DNA from: Camelus ferus
Lineage: Eukaryota
DNA: 64,000 bases
Reading direction: 5' to 3'
Assembly (NCBI RefSeq): GCF_009834535.1
Contig: NC_045696.1
Location: forward strand, 5,024,001-5,088,000
The notes under the pieces: model-generated
What the model was told of the DNA's origin: nothing
Seen by the model: the letters and a program-made list of their open reading frames with translations, nothing else
The model's database searches: none
Translations under genes and position numbers: made by a program
Shown here: positions 1 to 12,874 of the stretch, one piece after another
Layout: the number at the start of each line of letters is the position of its first letter
Position numbering within the stretch: the first letter of the stretch is position 1

Positions 1-139
1 TGCTGTCATACCTGGCAGAGGGTGGTGCGTGGTCACCGCATGTCTGCCTGTGGCTGGCATGTCATGAGCTTTGGGCATGTGCCATGCAGTAGAATCAGTT
101 ATCTCCATTCTTACTCACCCTAATTTGTCTCTGCCTGGG

Positions 140-2995
140 CAAATGAGGCTAAATGGACCAATTCCTTGAAAGACTCAATCTGACAAAACTCACAACAGAA
201 GAAATAGATTATATGAGTAGACCTATATCTATTAAATAAATTGAATCAATAATTAATAACCTTCCAAAAAGAAAGCACCAGGCCCAGAGTGGTTCACCAG
301 TGCACGCAATGAAACATTGAATGAAGAAATTATACCAATTCTCCATGTCTCTTTCAGAGAATAAAAGCAGAGGGAATGCCGTACCAGCATTGTCCTAATA
401 CTAAAACCAGAAAAAGACATTACAAGAAAATAAAGCTAGTAATCAATATCTCCCATGAACATAGATGCAAAGTCATCAACAAAATGTTAGCAAACTGAAT
501 CGAAAAACTATAAAAAGAACTGTACACCATGATCAAGTGGTATTTATTCCTGGTTCAACATTTGAAAATCAATTAATGTAACCTATCACATCAATAGACT
601 AAAAAAGAAAAGTCACATCATATCAATAGATGTAGGAAAAAAATTTGACAAAAATCCAGCATCCAGCTGTGACAAAACTCTCAGTGAATCAGTAAACTAG
701 AAATAGAAAGAACTTTCTCAACTTGATAATCTATAAAACAAAGTTTTAGCCAACATCATACTTAATGGTGAGAAACTCAAAGCTTTCCCACTAAGACCAG
801 GTACAAGATAAGTGTGTCCCCTCTAGCCACTCCTGTATTGAATGTTTTAAATTATGCAATAAAATAAGAAATGGAAATAAAAGGTATCTAGATGAAGAAA
901 AAAGACAAAGTTGCCTTTGTTTGCAGATGACATGTTTGTGAAAATCTGGATGAATGGACAAAAAGAGTCCTGGAACTAATGTTATTAAAACAGGGTTTCA
1001 GGATATAAGGTTAATATACAAAAGTCATTTGCTCTCCTATATACGTAACATTAACATTTAGGAATTTAAAATTAAAAACACAGTATCATTTACATTATAA
1101 TCCAAAGAACAGAAATATTTAGGTATAAATTTCACAAAGTAAATACAAGATCTATATGAGGAAAACTACAAAACTGGGATGCACAAAATCAAAGAATTAA
1201 ATAAATGGAGATATATTCCATGTTCATGGATAGAAAGACCCAATTTTGTTAATGTAAGTTCTTCCCAGGTTGCTCTATAGATTCATTGCAATCCAAATCA
1301 AAGTCCCAGCAAGTTATTTTATGGTTATTGACAAGCGGATTATAAAGTTTATATGGAGAGGCAAAGACCCAGAATAACCGATACAATATTGAAGAAGAAG
1401 AATGAAGTTGGAGGACTGATGCTGCCTGACTTCAAGACTTACTATAAAGGTACAGTAACCAAAGCAGTGTGGTGCTGGTGAAAGAAAAGACAAATAGATC
1501 AATGGAACAGAATAAAGAGCCTAGAAATAGGCCCACGTAAATATAGTCAACTGATCTTTGACAAAGGAGCAAAGGCAGTACAATGGGACAAAGATGGTCT
1601 TCTCAACAAATGGCACTGGAACAACTGGGCATTAACCTGCGAAAAACAGGAATCTAGACACAGAATTTACAGTCATCATAAAAATTAACTCAAAGTGGAC
1701 CACAGACGTTAGTGTAAAATACAAAGCTATTAAACTCCTAAGAGATAACATAAGAGAAAATCTACATGACCTTGGGTATGGTGATGCCGTCTTAGATATA
1801 ACATCAAAGATATGAACCATGAAAATAGTTAATTGATAAGTTGGATTTTATTAAAATTAAAAAACTTCTGCTCTGTGATAGATGATATCAAAAGAATTAG
1901 AAGACAAGCCACAGACTGGCAGAAAATATTTGCAAAAATCACATCTGATAAAGAGTTGTTATCCAAAATATATAAAGAATTTTTAAAAAGTCAACGATAA
2001 GAAAACAAACAACCCAATTGAAAAATGGATCCAATATCTTAACAGGTACTTCACCAAAAAAAATATACATATGGTGAAAAGCCTATGAAAAGATTCTCTA
2101 CATCTTATGTCATCAGGGGAATTCAAATTAAAACAATGATGTGATACCACTACACACCTATTATTATGGACAAAATACGGAACACTGCCAATACCTAAGG
2201 CTGACAAGGATATGGAGAAACAGAAACTCTCATGCATTGTATGAGATGTTGATACAAAACTAAACATACCCTTAACCACACTATCCAGCAGTTGCAGCTC
2301 CTTGGTATTTACCAAAGGAGTTGAAAACTATGCCCATGCCAAAACCTGCACATGGATGTTTACAGCCATTTTATTCATAATTGCCAAAACTTGGAAGCAA
2401 TAAAGATGTCCTTCAGTAGGTGGATAGATAAACTGTGGTATATTCAGACAGTGGAATATTATTCAGTGCTAAAAAGAAATGAGCTATCAAAACATAAAGA
2501 CACAGAGGAACCTTAAATGCATATTTCTAAGTGAAAGAAGCCAATCTGAAAAAGCTAAATACTGTGTGATTCCAACTGTATAGCATTCTAGAAAAGGCAA
2601 AACAGTAAAACGTAAAAAGCTCAGTGGTTGCCGGGGTGGGCAGGGGAGAGAGATGAATGGGCAGAACACAGGATGTTTAAGGCAGTGAAAATACTCTGAA
2701 TGGTACTGTAATGTTGGATACATGTCAGTATACGTTTGTGCAAACTCACAAATGTCCAATACCAAGAGTGAACTCTTAGGTGAACTAAGGACTTTGAGTG
2801 AAAATGGTGTGTCAGTGTAGGTTCATTCTACATTTACCGATGTAGGTACATTTGGTAAAAATGTGCCATTCCGATGAGCGATATTGGTAATAAGAGAGAC
2901 TCTGCAGGTGGAAGCAGGAGGTATGTGGGGCGTCTCTACCTTCCTCGCAATTATAATGTAAACCTGAAACTCTATAAAAAGTCTCCAAAGAAAAA
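140..2995 (+). mobile_element. Ancient 5'-truncated LINE-1 (L1MC-like): ORF2 3' two-thirds plus 3'UTR, heavily decayed
   Basis: Degenerate ORF2 landmarks appear in order: MDxFLE ~153, NIDAK ~457, F/YADD ~920-930 (tttgcagatgac), CSWI ~1221 and IFDKG ~1554. They are followed by an L1MC-type 3'UTR (aagagtgaac...gtcagtgtaggttcat...ttcctcgcaattataatgtaaacc). Subfamily is from recall. Confidence 0.85.
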
Positions 2996-3959
2996 GGAAG
3001 TCACATGGGAATATTGCATTGGTAAATAAACATCCTCGTTTCTTCTCACTGCATAGCCCCCACACCACATGGCCTTGAGGGTCAGGAAAGTAAAGATAAG
3101 CAGTCATCTAGGGTCACATGATGACAATGTTTATTTGGGCATATGGATATTCATTTATTATTCTCTATTTCTTTTTATAAAAATGGAATATTTTCTAATA
3201 AATTATGAGAATACATGTAACAGCATTCAATAGAAAAATATGACAAATTGAGTGCGTGTTCATGCTGTTACAAGGAAAATGTTATCCCCCATATTCCCAC
3301 CATAGTAATGCCCAGGGAGCCATGGCTGATGTGTAGGGAAGCTGTTGATTCATCCGTGGGCATCTGGTATTCCTGAGCACTCTGCCAACATCATTGACTA
3401 TCTGAGTAGCAGGAGGCTTAGCTCAACCTGCTGCATCAACTGCTGCAATTCAAGTGCATTGAGGTCTGATAGAGCAAGTCTGTCAGATGAAGTGGATCCT
3501 TTATTACCAGAGAGACAGAGGCAGTCTTCTCCTCTTGGTAAAGAGCTCAGAAGAGCTTCGGTACCTGGAAGATTCCAAAGAACAATGTCTCTTCTTTGTA
3601 CCTCAGAGAATCTGCCACATCAGAAGCAAAAAGCCTTTGAGGAGAAAACAGTGCTTCTCAGAAATGATGGGCAAAGACATGTCAAGGAAATGAATGCACA
3701 AAAAGGCAGGCAATGCAATCTTGATTCAAACAAAACAGAATCCCAGGAAGAAAGCATTTATCTAGACAAATAGGATGGTCCTATATTGACCAAATGGAGA
3801 GCTGATAATCTGAGGGTGGTAGGAGGGCTTTATACTGACTGTGGTATCCGAACATAAGAAACCCTGCTAGAATACAACAGGAAGTCAAAGAAACAGAATG
3901 CAGAGGGGTTTCAGCACATGCCTCTCCACCTCTGACAGATCAAACTGAACAAAAATAAG

Positions 3960-4037
3960 GAAGGGGCAGGAAGCATATGGTAAATTTCTATACTCCTCCC
4001 TCAATTTTGCTATGAAACTTAAACTTCTCTTAAAAAA
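3960..4037 (+). mobile_element. Short L1MC-type 3' terminal fragment, followed by a (GA)-rich low-complexity tract
   Basis: ggggcaggaagcatatggtaaatttctatactcctccctcaattttgctatgaaacttaaacttctcttaaaaa resembles the 3' end at ~2910-2990. Confidence 0.55.
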
Positions 4038-4881
4038 TGGAGAGAGAGAGAGAGAGAAAAGAAATAGAGAAAGAGAAACAAACAAACAAAAAGAGAGAGA
4101 GGGAAGATGAGGGAGGGAGGCAGACAAGCAGGCAGGCAAAGAGGTCCTAAACAGTGTGATTAGTGAAGTTAATAGCAGAATATCAAAGATTAAGGAAAAA
4201 CTCCATTTCAAACAAGAAAAAATAAAATAAAATGCATTATATGGGATATGTTCTTTGACCACAATGTATGAAAAAATTGGATATTTGATTCCTGCTTAGA
4301 ATTCTTAAATAGATTGTCATGTCCTTCATGTTAAATCTAGACACCTTGGCCTGGCCCAGAAGGTCCTTCATGGTCTGCCCCAAGCCCCAGTCTTGACCTT
4401 TCCCAACATTTTCTCTGCAGTCCAGTTGTATGGAGCAACCTTAAGTTGCTCACATGATCCACACTGTATACCTCCGTGCCTTTGAATGTGCTGCCTTCTC
4501 TGCCTCAAACACCCTTCCTTGGACAGAAGTTCCAGAATTTTAGTCTCACATGACTACATGTATCAGCTACTACATGCCAACAATTGGGTCTACACAATTG
4601 AGACATGATCTTTGACCTCATGGAGTTCACCATCTGGAGGGGAGAGGTAGAGATGGAGTGAGGCATGGATAAAAATGTCCACTTGACAGAGTCTGAACTG
4701 AGAGGTGTGGCAGGAGTTGCAGGGAAATGCACTTGGTCCGCAGATGTTAAGGAGCAGTAGGGCTACAAAGCGCATGTAACTGACTTTGGGAGTGCTCAGC
4801 CCCCTGCCTGATTTATGAACAGACAGTTCTGCACATTGAACATGTGATGTCTTGCTACACATTTATAAGAGCAGCAGGATA

Positions 4882-5423
4882 TTTTTTTACCTTTTAAGGG
4901 TAAAATGTTATTTTTGAGAAACTTCATATTGCACATTTTCAAAGAGAGTCAGGAAAGAAAACAAAATGTTATCCTCCCCTCATCCTAGAAGTAAATAAGA
5001 AGGGCATACAATTTATTTTAAAATCACGACATTCGGAAGTTTAGCAACAGCATCCAAAATGAACAAAAAAAAAGGGGGGGGAAGAAAAACATTTAGTATA
5101 TATTTCAGATTTCTTTCACTGGGGGTCTCCCCATGTGGTGTTAATTTTTATTCTTTCAATTCATATTACCAAAACAGTACAGACCAGGGTTAAAATATAA
5201 ATCTATTGGTGGTTGAAACTGGGGTGGTTGCTCTCTTGTTCTTGAAGGCATTCCCAGGATCTCAGGTTCCTGGAAAAAATGGCTGATACTTTCCTTGTGT
5301 AGTTGTTCATTTTGTAAGGAATAATAGTAAACATTCTAATCTCCGCATCTTGGTTATTAGTCTTCCACTTCACTGCTGGACATTCCTTTGGTGTTGGTAA
5401 GGTTGTGGTCTGCTTTTTGCTTT
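4882..5423 (-). pseudogene. YBX3: Processed YBX3 (CSDA/DbpA) retrocopy, distal 3'UTR portion
   Basis: The minus strand reads gcaaaaagcagaccacaaccttaccaacaccaaag...gtggaagact...ccacatggggagacccc...gaaatctgaaatatatact...ctaggatgaggggaggataacatttt...ttttacccttaaaagg, then A7. This matches the YBX3 3'UTR as recalled. It continues seamlessly from the piece at 17541-17711 via the duplicated 13-mer. Confidence 0.8.
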
Positions 5424-5833
5424 TTTTTTTTTTTTTTTTTTTTGAGCACCTCCAGAGTCACTTTATTTTTTTTTTTTACATTTTTATTGAGTTATAGTCA
5501 GTTTACAATGTTGTGTCAATTTCCAGTGTAGAGCACAATTTTTCAGTTACACATGAACACACATATACTCATTGTCACATTCTTTTTCGTTGTGAGCTAC
5601 CACAAGATCTTGTATATATTTCCCTGTGCTACACAGTATAATCTTGTTTCTCTATTTTATATATGCCTGACTGTATCTACAAATTTTAAACTCCCAGTCT
5701 GTCCTTTCCCACCCCCTGTCCCCTTGGCAACCACAAGTTTGTATTCTATGTCTATGAGTCTGTTTCTGTTTTGTATTTATGTTCTTTTTTTTTTAATTCC
5801 ACATATGAGCAATCTCATATGGTATTTTTCTTT
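5424..5833 (-). mobile_element. 3' end (poly-A, 22-bp transduction, 3'UTR) of a twin-primed host L1
   Basis: T23 at 5421-5443, a unique 22 bp at 5444-5465, T12, then an L1 3'UTR homologous to 5840-6190. The element resumes at 12875 after the nested L1. Confidence 0.9.
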
Positions 5834-6160
5834 TTTTAACATTTTTTATTGATTTATAATCATTTTACAATGTTGTGTCAAATTCCAGTGTTCAGCACAA
5901 TTTTTCAGTCATTCATGGACATATACACACTCATTGTCACATTTTTTTCTCTGTGAGTTATCATAACATTTTGTGTATATTTCCCTGTGCTATACAGTGT
6001 AATCTTGTTTATCTATTCTACAATTTTGAAATCCCAGTCTATCCCTTCCCACCCTCCACCCCCCTGGTAACCACAAGTCTGTATTCTCTGTCTGTGAGTC
6101 TATTTCTGTCCTGTATTTATGCTTTGTTTTTGTTTGTTTGTTTGTTTTTGTTTTTGTTTT

Positions 6161-9100
6161 TTAGATTCCACATATGAGCGATCTCATATGGTATTTTTCT
6201 TTCTCTTTCTGGCTTACTTCACTTAGAATGACATTCTCCAGGAGCATCCATGATGCTGCTAATGGCATTATGTTGTCGGTTTTTATGGCTGAGTAGTATT
6301 CCCTTGTATAAATATACCACCTCTTCTTTATCCAGTCACCTGTTGATGAACATTTAGGCTGTTTCCATGTTTTGGCTATTGTAAATAGTGCTGCTATGAA
6401 CATTGGGGTGCAGGTGTCATCCTGAAGTAGATTTCCTTCTGGATACAAGCCCAGGAGTGGGATTCCTGGGTCATATGGTAAGTCTATTCCTAGTCTTTTG
6501 AGGAATCTCCACACTGTTTTCCATAGTGGCTGCACCAAACTGCATTCCCACCAGCAGTGTAGGAGGGTTCCCCTTTCTCCACAGCCTCTCCAGCATTTGT
6601 CATTTGTGGATTTTTGAATGACGGCCATTCTGACTGGTGTGAGGTGATACCTCATTGTAGTTTTGATTTGCATTTCTCTGATAATTAGTGATATTGAGCA
6701 TTTTTTCATGTGCTTTTTGATTATTTATATGTCTTCCTTAGAGAATTGCTTGTTTAGGTCTTCTGCATATTTTTGGATTGGGTTGTTTATTTTTTTCTTA
6801 TTGAGTCGTATGAGCTGCTTATATACTTTGGAGATCAAGCCTTTGTCGGTTTCACTTGCAAAAATTTTCTCCCATTCCGTAGGTTTTCTTCTTGTTTTAT
6901 TTCTGGTTTCCTTTGCTGTGCAGGAGCTTGTAAGTTTCATTAGGTTCCATTTGTTTATTCTTGCTTTTATTTCTTCTAGGAGAAAATTTTTGAAATGTAT
7001 GTCAGATAATGTTTTGCCTATGTTTTCCTCTAGGAGGTTTATTGTATCTTGTCTTATGTTTAAGTCTTTGATCCATTTTGAGTTGATTTTTGTATATGGT
7101 GTAAGGGAGTGTTCTAGCTTCATTGTTTTACATGCTGCTGTCCCGTTTTCCCAACACCATTTGCTGAAGAGACTGTCTTTATTCCATCGTATATTCTTGC
7201 CTCCTTTGTTGAAGATGAGTTGACCAAAAGTTTGTGGGTTCATTTCTGGGCTCTCTATTCTGTTCCATTGGTCTATATGTCTGTTTTTGTCCCAATACCA
7301 TGCTGTCTTGATGACTGTAGCTCTGTAGTATTGTCTGAAGTCTGGGAGAGTTATTCTTCCAGCCTCTTTCTTTCTCTTCAGTAATGCTTTGGCAATTCTA
7401 GGTCTTTGATGGTTCCATATGAATTTTATTATGATTTGTTCTAGTTCTGTGAAATATGTCCTGGGTAATTTGATAGGGATCGCATTAAATCTGTAGATTG
7501 CCTTCGGCAGTGTGACCATTTTAACAATATTGATTCTTCCAATCCAAGAGCATGGAATATCTTTCCATTTTTTAAAGTCTTCTTTAATTTCCTTCATCAA
7601 TGGTTTATAGTTTTCTGTGTATAATTCTTTCACCTACTTGGTGAGATTTATTCCTAAGTATTTTATTACTTTGGGTGCTATTTTAAAGGGGATTGTTTCT
7701 TTACTTTCTTTTCCTGTTGATTTATCGTTAGTGTAAAGAAATGCAACTGATTTTTGAACGTTAATTTTGTAACCTGCTACCTTGCTGAATTCTTCAATCA
7801 GCTCTAGTAGCTTTTGTGTGGACCTTTTAGGGTTTTCTATATATGGTAACATGTCATCAGCATATAATGACACTTTTACCTCTTCTTTTCCAATTTGGAT
7901 CCCTTTTATTTCTTTCTCTTGCCTGACTGCTGTGGCTAGGACTTCCAGGACTATGTTGAATAGGAGTGGTGATACTGGACATCCTTGTCTTGTCCCAGAT
8001 TTTAGTGGGAAGCTTTTGAGTTTTTCACTGTTGAGTACTATGCTGGCTATAGGTTTGTCATATATAGCTTTTATTATGTTGAGATATGTTCCCTCTATAC
8101 CCACTCTGGCGAGAGTTTTGATCATAAATGGGTGTTGAATTTTATCAAATGGTTTTTCTGCATCGATTGAGATGATCATGTGGTTTTTATTCTTTCTCTT
8201 GTTGATGTGATGTATTACATTGATTGATTTGCATATGTTGAACCACTCTTGTGTCCCTGGGATGAACCCCACTTGGTCATGATGTATAATCTTTTTTATG
8301 TGCTGTTGGACTCTATTTGCTAATATTTTGGTGAGGATTTTGGCATCTATGTTCATCAGTGATATTGGCCTATAATTATCTTTTTTTGTAGTGTCTTTGC
8401 CTGGTTTTGGTATCAGGGTGATGGTGGCTTCATAGAATGAGTTTGGGAGTACTCCCTCCTTTTCAATCGTCTGGAAGAGTTTGAGAAGGACTGGTATGAG
8501 TTCTTCTTTGTATGTTTGGTATAATTCCCCGGTGAAGCCGTCCAGTCCTGGACTTTTATTTGTAAGGAGGTTTTTAATTGCTATTTCTATTTCCTTTCTA
8601 GTGATCGGATTGTTCAAGTGTTCAGATTCTTCTTGATTCAGTCTTGGTGGACAGTATGTTTCCAGAAACTTGTCCATCTCCTCTAGGTTATCCAGTTTGG
8701 TTCCATATAGTTTTTCATAATATTCTTGTATGATATTCTGTATTTCTATTTTATTTGTTGTAATTTCTCCATTTTCCTTTCTTATTTTGCTAATTTGTGC
8801 TCTCTCTTTTTTCTTCTTTGTGAGTTTGGCCAGAGGTTTGTCGATTTTATTTACTTTTTCAAAAAACCAGCTTTTGGTTTGGTTGATTTTTTCTATGGTC
8901 TTGATAATCTCTATTGTATTTAATTCCTCTCTGATCTTTGTTATTTCCTTCCTTCTGCTGCTTTTTGGGGCTTTTTGTTCTTCTTTTTCTAATTCATTCA
9001 GGTGGTGGGTTAAATTGTTTATCTGAGATTGTTCTTCTTTTTTGAGGAAGGCCTGTATCGCTATAAACTTCCCTCTTACCACTGCCTTTGCTGTGTCCCA

Positions 9101-9955
9101 TAGGTTTTGAGTGGTTGTGCTTTCATTATCATTTGTCTCAAGGTATTTTTTAATTTCAGCTTTGATTTCCTCATTGACCCATTGTTTTTTCAATAACATA
9201 TTGTTTAATCTCCATGCTTTCCTTTTTTTCTCCTTTGTTTCTCTGTTGTTGATTTCCAGTTTCATGGCATTGTGGTCAGTAAAGATGCTTGAGATAATTT
9301 CTATCTTCTTAAAATTGTTGAGGTTTCTTTTGTGCCCAAGTACATGATCGATCCTGGAAAATGTTCCATGTGCACTTGAAAAGAATGTATATCCTATTTT
9401 TGGGGGGTGTAATGCTCTGAAAATATCCACCAAATCTAGTTTTTCTATTGTATTATTTAATTTCTCTGTTGCCTTGTTTATTTTCTGTCTGGAAGATCTG
9501 TCTAGTGATGTTAATGCAGTGTTAAAATCTCCAACTATGATTGTATTCCCATCAATATCCCCCTTAATCTCTGTTAGTAATTGTTCTATGTACTTAGGTG
9601 CTCCTATATTGGGTGCATATATATTAACGAGTGTAATATCCTCATCTTGTATCACTCCTTTAATCATTATAAAATGTCCTTCTTTGTCTTTCTTTATGGC
9701 CTTTGTTATAAAGTCTATTTTGTCTGAAATCAGTACTGCAACACCTGCTTTTCTGGCTTTTCCATTTGCATGGAATATCCTTTTCCATCCTTTCACTCTC
9801 TATATGTGTCCTTCTCCCTAAAGTGGGTCTCTTCTGTGCAGCATATTGAAGGTTCTTGCTTTATTATCCAGTCTGCCACTCTATGTCTTTTGACTGGAGC
9901 ATTTAGTCCATTAACATTTACAGTAATTTATGATAGATGTGTGTTTATTGCCCTT
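6161..9955 (-). pseudogene. L1 ORF2p (APE endonuclease + reverse transcriptase + C-terminal domain), disrupted
   Basis: Motifs: [41 protein letters not shown] (~7851-7868), YLGINL, CWRGC...HCWWEC. Lesions: an apparently lost ATG and a stop near 9930-9955, a frameshift near 9800, and in-frame stops at 7634 and 6725. Confidence 0.92.
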
Positions 9956-10361
9956 TTGAACTTATCTTTGCAGTTGAATTGGTATATCCTCTTTGTTCCT
10001 TTCTTCTTCCTTTTGTGGTTTGGTAATTTTCCTTTGTATTATCTTGGATTTTATTTATTTTTTGTGACTCCCTTGTAAATTTTTGGCTTGTGGTTACCCT
10101 TTTTTGTAAGTCTATTAGCCCATTACTATAACTGTTTTTATTAAACTGATAGTAACATGATCTCAAACCCCTCCTACTGTTAAAAAAAATTTAAAAAAAG
10201 AGAGAAAAAAAATATTCTATATTTCCCTGCCTCCCTCTCCCACTCTCAGTGATTTGTATGTCTTCTTTTATAATTTCGTGTTTATTTTATTTGTAATTCA
10301 TGAGTTATCACCTTTCCAATTGTGAGTTTCTCATTTCTGTAGCATCCTGCTGCTTTTCTAT

Positions 10362-11259
10362 TTAGAGTAGACCTGTCAATATTTCTTTTAGCATGGGTTT
10401 AGTGTTGCTAAACTCTTGTAGGTTTTTCTTGTCTGTGAAATTCTTTATCTCTCCTTCTATCCTAAATGATAGCCTTGCTGTATAAAGTATCCTAGGCTGC
10501 ATCATTCTTTCATTCAGGACTTTGAATATATGTTGCCACTCCCTTCTGGCCTGTAGTGTTTGTATAGAGAAATCAGCTGAGAGCCTTATGGGGGGTTCCC
10601 TTGTAACTCACTCTTTGCTTTTCTCTTGCTGCTTTTAGGATCCTTTCTTTATCCTTGACTCTGGCCATCTTGATTATGATGTCTTGGGGTGGGTCTGTCT
10701 GGGTTCTTCCTGTTTGGGACCCTCTGAGCTTCCTGTACTTGGATATCTGATTCCTTCTTTAAGTTTGGGACGTTTTCAGTCATGATTTCTTCAAAAACCT
10801 TTTCAATCCCCTTTGATCTTTCTTCCCCTTTTGGGACCCCTATTATGTGAAGATTGGCACGCTTTATATTATCCCATAGGTCCCTTATGCTATTTTCATT
10901 TGTTTTTATTTGTTTATCTTTAGCTCTTCTGATTGGGTGCTTTCTGTTGTCCTGTCTTCTAGGTCACTAATTCGTTCCTCTGCATTATCTAGCCAGCTTT
11001 GCACAGCCTTTAGATCATTCCTCATCTCAGCCAATGAGTTTACCAGTTCTACTTGGTTCTTCTTTATAGCTTCAATTTCATTTTTGACATATTTTATATC
11101 TCTAAACACTATCTCTTTTAGTTTCTTCAGTACTTTGATCACTCCTTTTTTGAAATCTTGATCTAGTAGGCCATCAATGTCTATTTCATTGATCTTTCTT
11201 TCAGGGGATTTCTCTTGTTCTTTTAATTGGTAATGCTTTCTCTCCTTCATCTTGCTCAT
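10362..11259 (-). pseudogene. L1 ORF1p (RNA-binding/coiled-coil), frameshifted
   Basis: MSKMKERKHYQLKEQEKSPERK...coiled-coil (ORF 10906..11259) ends early after a frameshift near 10910. Downstream ORF1-like coding sequence ends ...KEILTGLL* at 10362. Confidence 0.85.
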
Positions 11260-11689
11260 ACCTCTCTGGCACTGTGGTTTATGGAGTATCAGTTATCTAT
11301 TGTGGTCCTTAAGGAGTTTATCTATCTAATGAGTATGTAGGAATAAAACTTAGAAAGGAAAAAAAAAGAGAGAGAGAGAGAATTTTAAAAGAAGGGAGAA
11401 AAAAAGGTTTGAAAACAGTGTATAATGAATAATAGAAGAGCAAGTTGAAGCAGAATTTTTAAAAATAATAATAAAAATATTTTTTAAAAAATTTTAAAGG
11501 GATTAAAACTGGGTGTATATATAATTGTTTGAGAAGTAAAAATTAAAAGGGTAATACAAAATAGAACAGGTAAAACAGATTTAAAAGTAAAAGGGGGGGG
11601 GTCGGTGTTCTTCTGGAGACTGTGTGCTTTTAATGTGAAGTCTTTCTGTCTTCGTTCTGTTTTGGAAGCTCAGCTTGCTGTTTCCAGAG

Positions 11690-12874
11690 GCCCTCCATTG
11701 GCGCCCTCCTCTGTGCTGCTCCCAGTGCTGGTAGTCAAGCCGATCGCGCCTCCTCCCAACACGTGGTCAGGTGCAGCTCTCCTTTGCTGCGGACGGGCAG
11801 GTCACTGCCCCTCCCGATGCCTTAGTCAGATGTTGCAGACTGGCCAGGTAGGAGGGTGGGTCGCGCCCCCTCCCAGCACCACGGTCAGGTGCTCCGTTCC
11901 TGCCGGAAAGGCGGGGTGCCGCCTGCCCTCTCCCGGCGCCGTCGCTCCGCTGCTCTGTGCTGCTGCGCGCTCCGGGCTTTGCCTCCGGTCTGTGCTCCAC
12001 AAGGCGGGCTCTGGGAACACCAACGAACAGCCCTGTCCCTGCTCCGGGCCAAAACCCAGCTCCTTGTTTGTCTTGGCGGAGCAAGTTCTTTGAGGGACCA
12101 GGACAGAAGGATCCTGTTTGCCTCGGGCTGTAGACGAGTCTCCGTCTGGCCCTTGAGGCTGCTGAGCCCTTAGGTGCGGATGGGAGTTTTGCCCCCGCCT
12201 CCGCCTGCGTGCTCAGCGCAGGAGGATATGGCGGCTATGCCTGAGCCCCGCCTCTCTTTACCTGAAAACTTTGCACGGGTTTTCAGAGATGGGGTATGCG
12301 CCCTTACCCCTAGGGCACATCAGCCGTGCTGTTTCATGGAGGGCCCAGGTTGTTCTGGCCTGTGCACCCACAACCACGGCTCATAGCGCCCTGCGGTCCC
12401 CAGGGCTGCCTCAGTGCAGCCGTCGCCATCCTCCGCCCAGCTCGGGCAGCCTGACCCTGCCCCCAGCTGCTGGCCAGCGTCTTGGACTGGGTGTCACGGG
12501 GACCCTCTGTGCCTATTTAACTTAGTTCTGTCAGTCAAGGGCTGCTCTGTACAGATCTGAGCCTCGGAGGTTCCCCCTCCGACCCGCTGGCCTCTCGGTT
12601 GGAGAGGGGAGACCCAGCGAGCTAGCGCCAGTCCTCCTTTGCTGCTCTCTCCCCGTGGGACCCGTTCCGCTCTGTTTTGCCTTTTCTTCTTTCTTTTTTC
12701 CTTTTCTCCTACCAGATTTTTGGCGTCTTTGTCTTTTGAAGAGGGCGATGTTCTGTCGGAGTTCCGCAGGTGCTCTGGTTGGCTTAGTGGGTCTGTAGAT
12801 GTGGGTCTTGGTGTATCTGTGGGAGAGGGTGAGCCACAAGCGTCCCTCTACTCCGCCATCTTCTCCGTTCTCTC
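11690..12874 (-). promoter_or_regulatory. L1 5'UTR internal promoter region (CpG-rich) with a YY1-type motif
   Basis: AAGATGGCGG lies on the minus strand at 12853-12862, close to the element 5' end as is typical for L1 YY1 sites. CpG density is high. About 4 degenerate ~60-bp repeats at 11740-11950 share a cccctccc...gtcaggtg core. Confidence 0.8.

Larger units (their letters stand above)
5834..12874 (-). mobile_element. Full-length (~7.0 kb) relatively young LINE-1, inactivated, nested in the 3' region of another L1
   Basis: It has a CpG-rich 5'UTR, ORF1, a ~400-bp spacer, ORF2 and a 3'UTR. It is flanked by an exact 14-bp TSD, TGGTATTTTTCTTT (5820-5833 and 12875-12888). Confidence 0.95.

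Noticed and set aside
3345..3773. 142-aa ORF (and overlapping 68-aa ORF) in unique-looking sequence
   Set aside because: The longer ORF has a non-ATG start, I recognise no protein family in any frame, and there is no splice or retrocopy hallmark. It cannot be supported without a search.
7634..9796. 720-aa endonuclease/RT ORF as an active or novel retro-system
   Set aside because: It is an ordinary L1 ORF2 piece. Upstream start loss and a frameshift, stops at 7634 and 6725, and a broken ORF1 make the element non-autonomous.
6663..9821. Numerous hydrophobic + strand ORFs over the L1s
   Set aside because: These are antisense shadow frames of A-rich L1 ORF2, a routine artefact.
11740..11950. 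Spaced ~60-bp repeats reminiscent of a CRISPR array
   Set aside because: They are degenerate tandem units within an L1 5'UTR in a mammalian genome, with no identical repeats, unique spacers or cas genes.
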